Part shown: piece after piece, positions 62,577-64,000 of the stretch | How the letters are laid out: every line of letters starts with the position of its first letter | Position numbering within the stretch: the first letter of the stretch is position 1 | Virus record (IMG/VR): IMGVR_UViG_3300025133_000026 | Strand: one strand, 5' to 3' | Source: a virus | Length of the DNA: 64,000 bases | Program-made: the position numbers and the translations under genes | Notes under the pieces: model-generated | Told to the model about the DNA's origin: nothing | Database searches by the model: none | Seen by the model: only the letters and a program-made list of their open reading frames with translations

Positions 62577-63079
62577 AAGAAACACTTGAAACCCTTAAAA
62601 AAGGGAAAGAAAAACTTAAAGAATTCTCTACTCTTATTGGGACTCACTATCTTGTTGATGGGAAGACTCCCGATCAGTGGAGACAAGAATTTACTATTAA
62701 CATAGGAAAAGACCCGAACATTGAAGAAGTGCGCCGGACTTCTGCCGCTCTTGTTCGGCTCATCAATATTGCATCTTTCTATAAAGCTAATGCTCAATTA
62801 GTCTTTGATGGTATTAGTCATGGTTCTCACGACCAGTACCTCAGTGCTTTTGAAAAGCAAGTAGACAAATATAAGGTTGATGGTAAACGACTTCCATCAC
62901 AGAAAACACTTGAGTCTCTAGCAGAAAGCTCAATGAAAGATCTTAACTCTGCTAAAGCTAATGCTGGAATGAAGCTTCGCTTCTGGAAAGATATTGTCCA
63001 AGGTCTTGTTGAGCAAAGGAAAAGCTTAGAAATGATTATGTGGTCAATCAATATTGAAATGAAGAAAGAAACATACTGA
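62573..63079 (+). CDS. helical protein, possibly UvsY-like recombination mediator
   Basis: Coiled C-terminal ...QRKSLEMI...EMKK pattern; weak. Confidence 0.4.
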   Translation: MKETLETLKKGKEKLKEFSTLIGTHYLVDGKTPDQWRQEFTINIGKDPNIEEVRRTSAALVRLINIASFYKANAQLVFDGISHGSHDQYLSAFEKQVDKYKVDGKRLPSQKTLESLAESSMKDLNSAKANAGMKLRFWKDIVQGLVEQRKSLEMIMWSINIEMKKETY

Positions 63080-63081
63080 TT

Positions 63082-63450
63082 TTGTTCAATATGTCTGTTA
63101 CTTACTCATGGCCGCCACCATCACGAGTTAAATACTATTTTTTCTTTGAAGAAAAAGAACTCTCTTTAAAGAGAGTTCTTATTATCTCTTCCTCTAGAAA
63201 ACCTGCTTATTTATGTAAAGTAAGCTCTCTTATCTATGGAGGAAAGAATCGCTGGCGTGCGCCTGAAGATGTTGTGTGGAGAAATCTTGAAGAAAGTCTT
63301 GCATTGAAAACATCTTTTTATTGCAAAGCTCTTCAAGAGGCAGCAAAAGAAAAATATTACAAGCTCATTATGAATAATTTAGATAATTGGATACTTCAAC
63401 CTCTTCAAGAATTGATAGATATAGACCTTAGTCAGATTGTGAGAGACTAA
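63082..63450 (+). CDS. hypothetical protein
   Basis: KYYKLIM helix. Confidence 0.6.
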   Translation: MFNMSVTYSWPPPSRVKYYFFFEEKELSLKRVLIISSSRKPAYLCKVSSLIYGGKNRWRAPEDVVWRNLEESLALKTSFYCKALQEAAKEKYYKLIMNNLDNWILQPLQELIDIDLSQIVRD

Positions 63451-63601
63451 TGGGTGCTCCTATAGTCAAACCACTTACATCCCATATACCCATATGATGA
63501 AAGAAAAAGAAGATACATTAGAAATTTCTATTCTTACAGCTTTGTATAAAGCTTTACTAGAAGTTCAGCATACAGTATAATAAGCACCCCAAGGAGAATA
63601 A

Positions 63602-64000
63602 ATGCCAACAACTTTTCTATTACTATTGAGCTGTACTCAAGACATTTTCGATACAGCAGCAGAAGAAGACGGTTGGCTCGGAGGATCACCGGAGACTCCT
63701 ATCATTGTAGACTTTACAGAATCTGAAGTAGAAGATACCGGGGTGGTTAAAGAAAACAACCTAACTGAAATAATAGAAGAAAATTGTTATGTTCAAATGG
63801 GTACAAAACTTTGTGACTTCACCTTGACAAATCAGATGGGAACAGATATTACTCTTTCCGATTATTCAGGATCTTATATTCTATTAGATTTCTCTGCAAT
63901 GTGGTGCGGACCTTGTCAAAGTGCAGCAGCTGCAGCCCAGGATCTTCAAAATAATTATTCTGACAAGAATGTTAAATACATTATTGTCTTACTTGAGGAT
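63602..64000 (+). CDS. TlpA/thioredoxin-like lipoprotein (runs off window end)
   Basis: AAGGAG RBS; LLSC lipobox; DFTLTNQ.G, LLDFSAMWCGPC. Confidence 0.9.
   Translation, partial: MPTTFLLLLSCTQDIFDTAAEEDGWLGGSPETPIIVDFTESEVEDTGVVKENNLTEIIEENCYVQMGTKLCDFTLTNQMGTDITLSDYSGSYILLDFSAMWCGPCQSAAAAAQDLQNNYSDKNVKYIIVLLED

Noticed and set aside
42944-63051. Many short minus-strand track ORFs in the AT-rich region
   Set aside because: They overlap well-supported + strand genes and lack RBSs or motifs.
1-64000. Genome-wide stop-codon reassignment
   Set aside because: Recognisable genes are full-length in code 11; TAA, TAG and TGA all end genes; no suppressor tRNA seen.

Overview
This looks like a 64-kb segment of a large dsDNA phage genome (inference from gene density, near-uniform + strand coding, many tRNAs and a tmRNA). 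No capsid, terminase or DNA polymerase gene is recognisable in the window. The first ~8.7 kb is GC-rich. It is punctuated by ten copies of a hairpin-plus-motif element and holds several long ORF-free, strongly base-paired regions. The remainder is AT-rich. RNA genes: nine canonical tRNAs, several non-canonical tRNA-like elements, and a tmRNA whose T-loop is interrupted by a group I intron carrying an antisense LAGLIDADG ORF. Two covarying small RNA-like stems (one displaying a tRNA-Lys anticodon stem-loop) lie directly upstream of a ROT/TROVE-like-TerD fusion gene. Recognisable proteins: SSB, truncated macrodomain, SLOG, site-2 protease, DUF2829/Tad2-like, PP2C and Cys-based phosphatases, Zn deaminase, vWA and TlpA-like lipoproteins, YkuD-like protein, RNase HI, trypsin-like protease, CCA/poly(A)-polymerase-family nucleotidyltransferase, MoxR AAA+/vWA pair, dikinase-like protein, Pth2, PhoH, a Whirly-like protein and SpoVG. 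About 15-25 short paralogous ORFs share F(Q/K)GxGxY, LHSxxxPA and C-terminal YKxxM motifs. All family calls come from motif recognition by eye; no searches were run.
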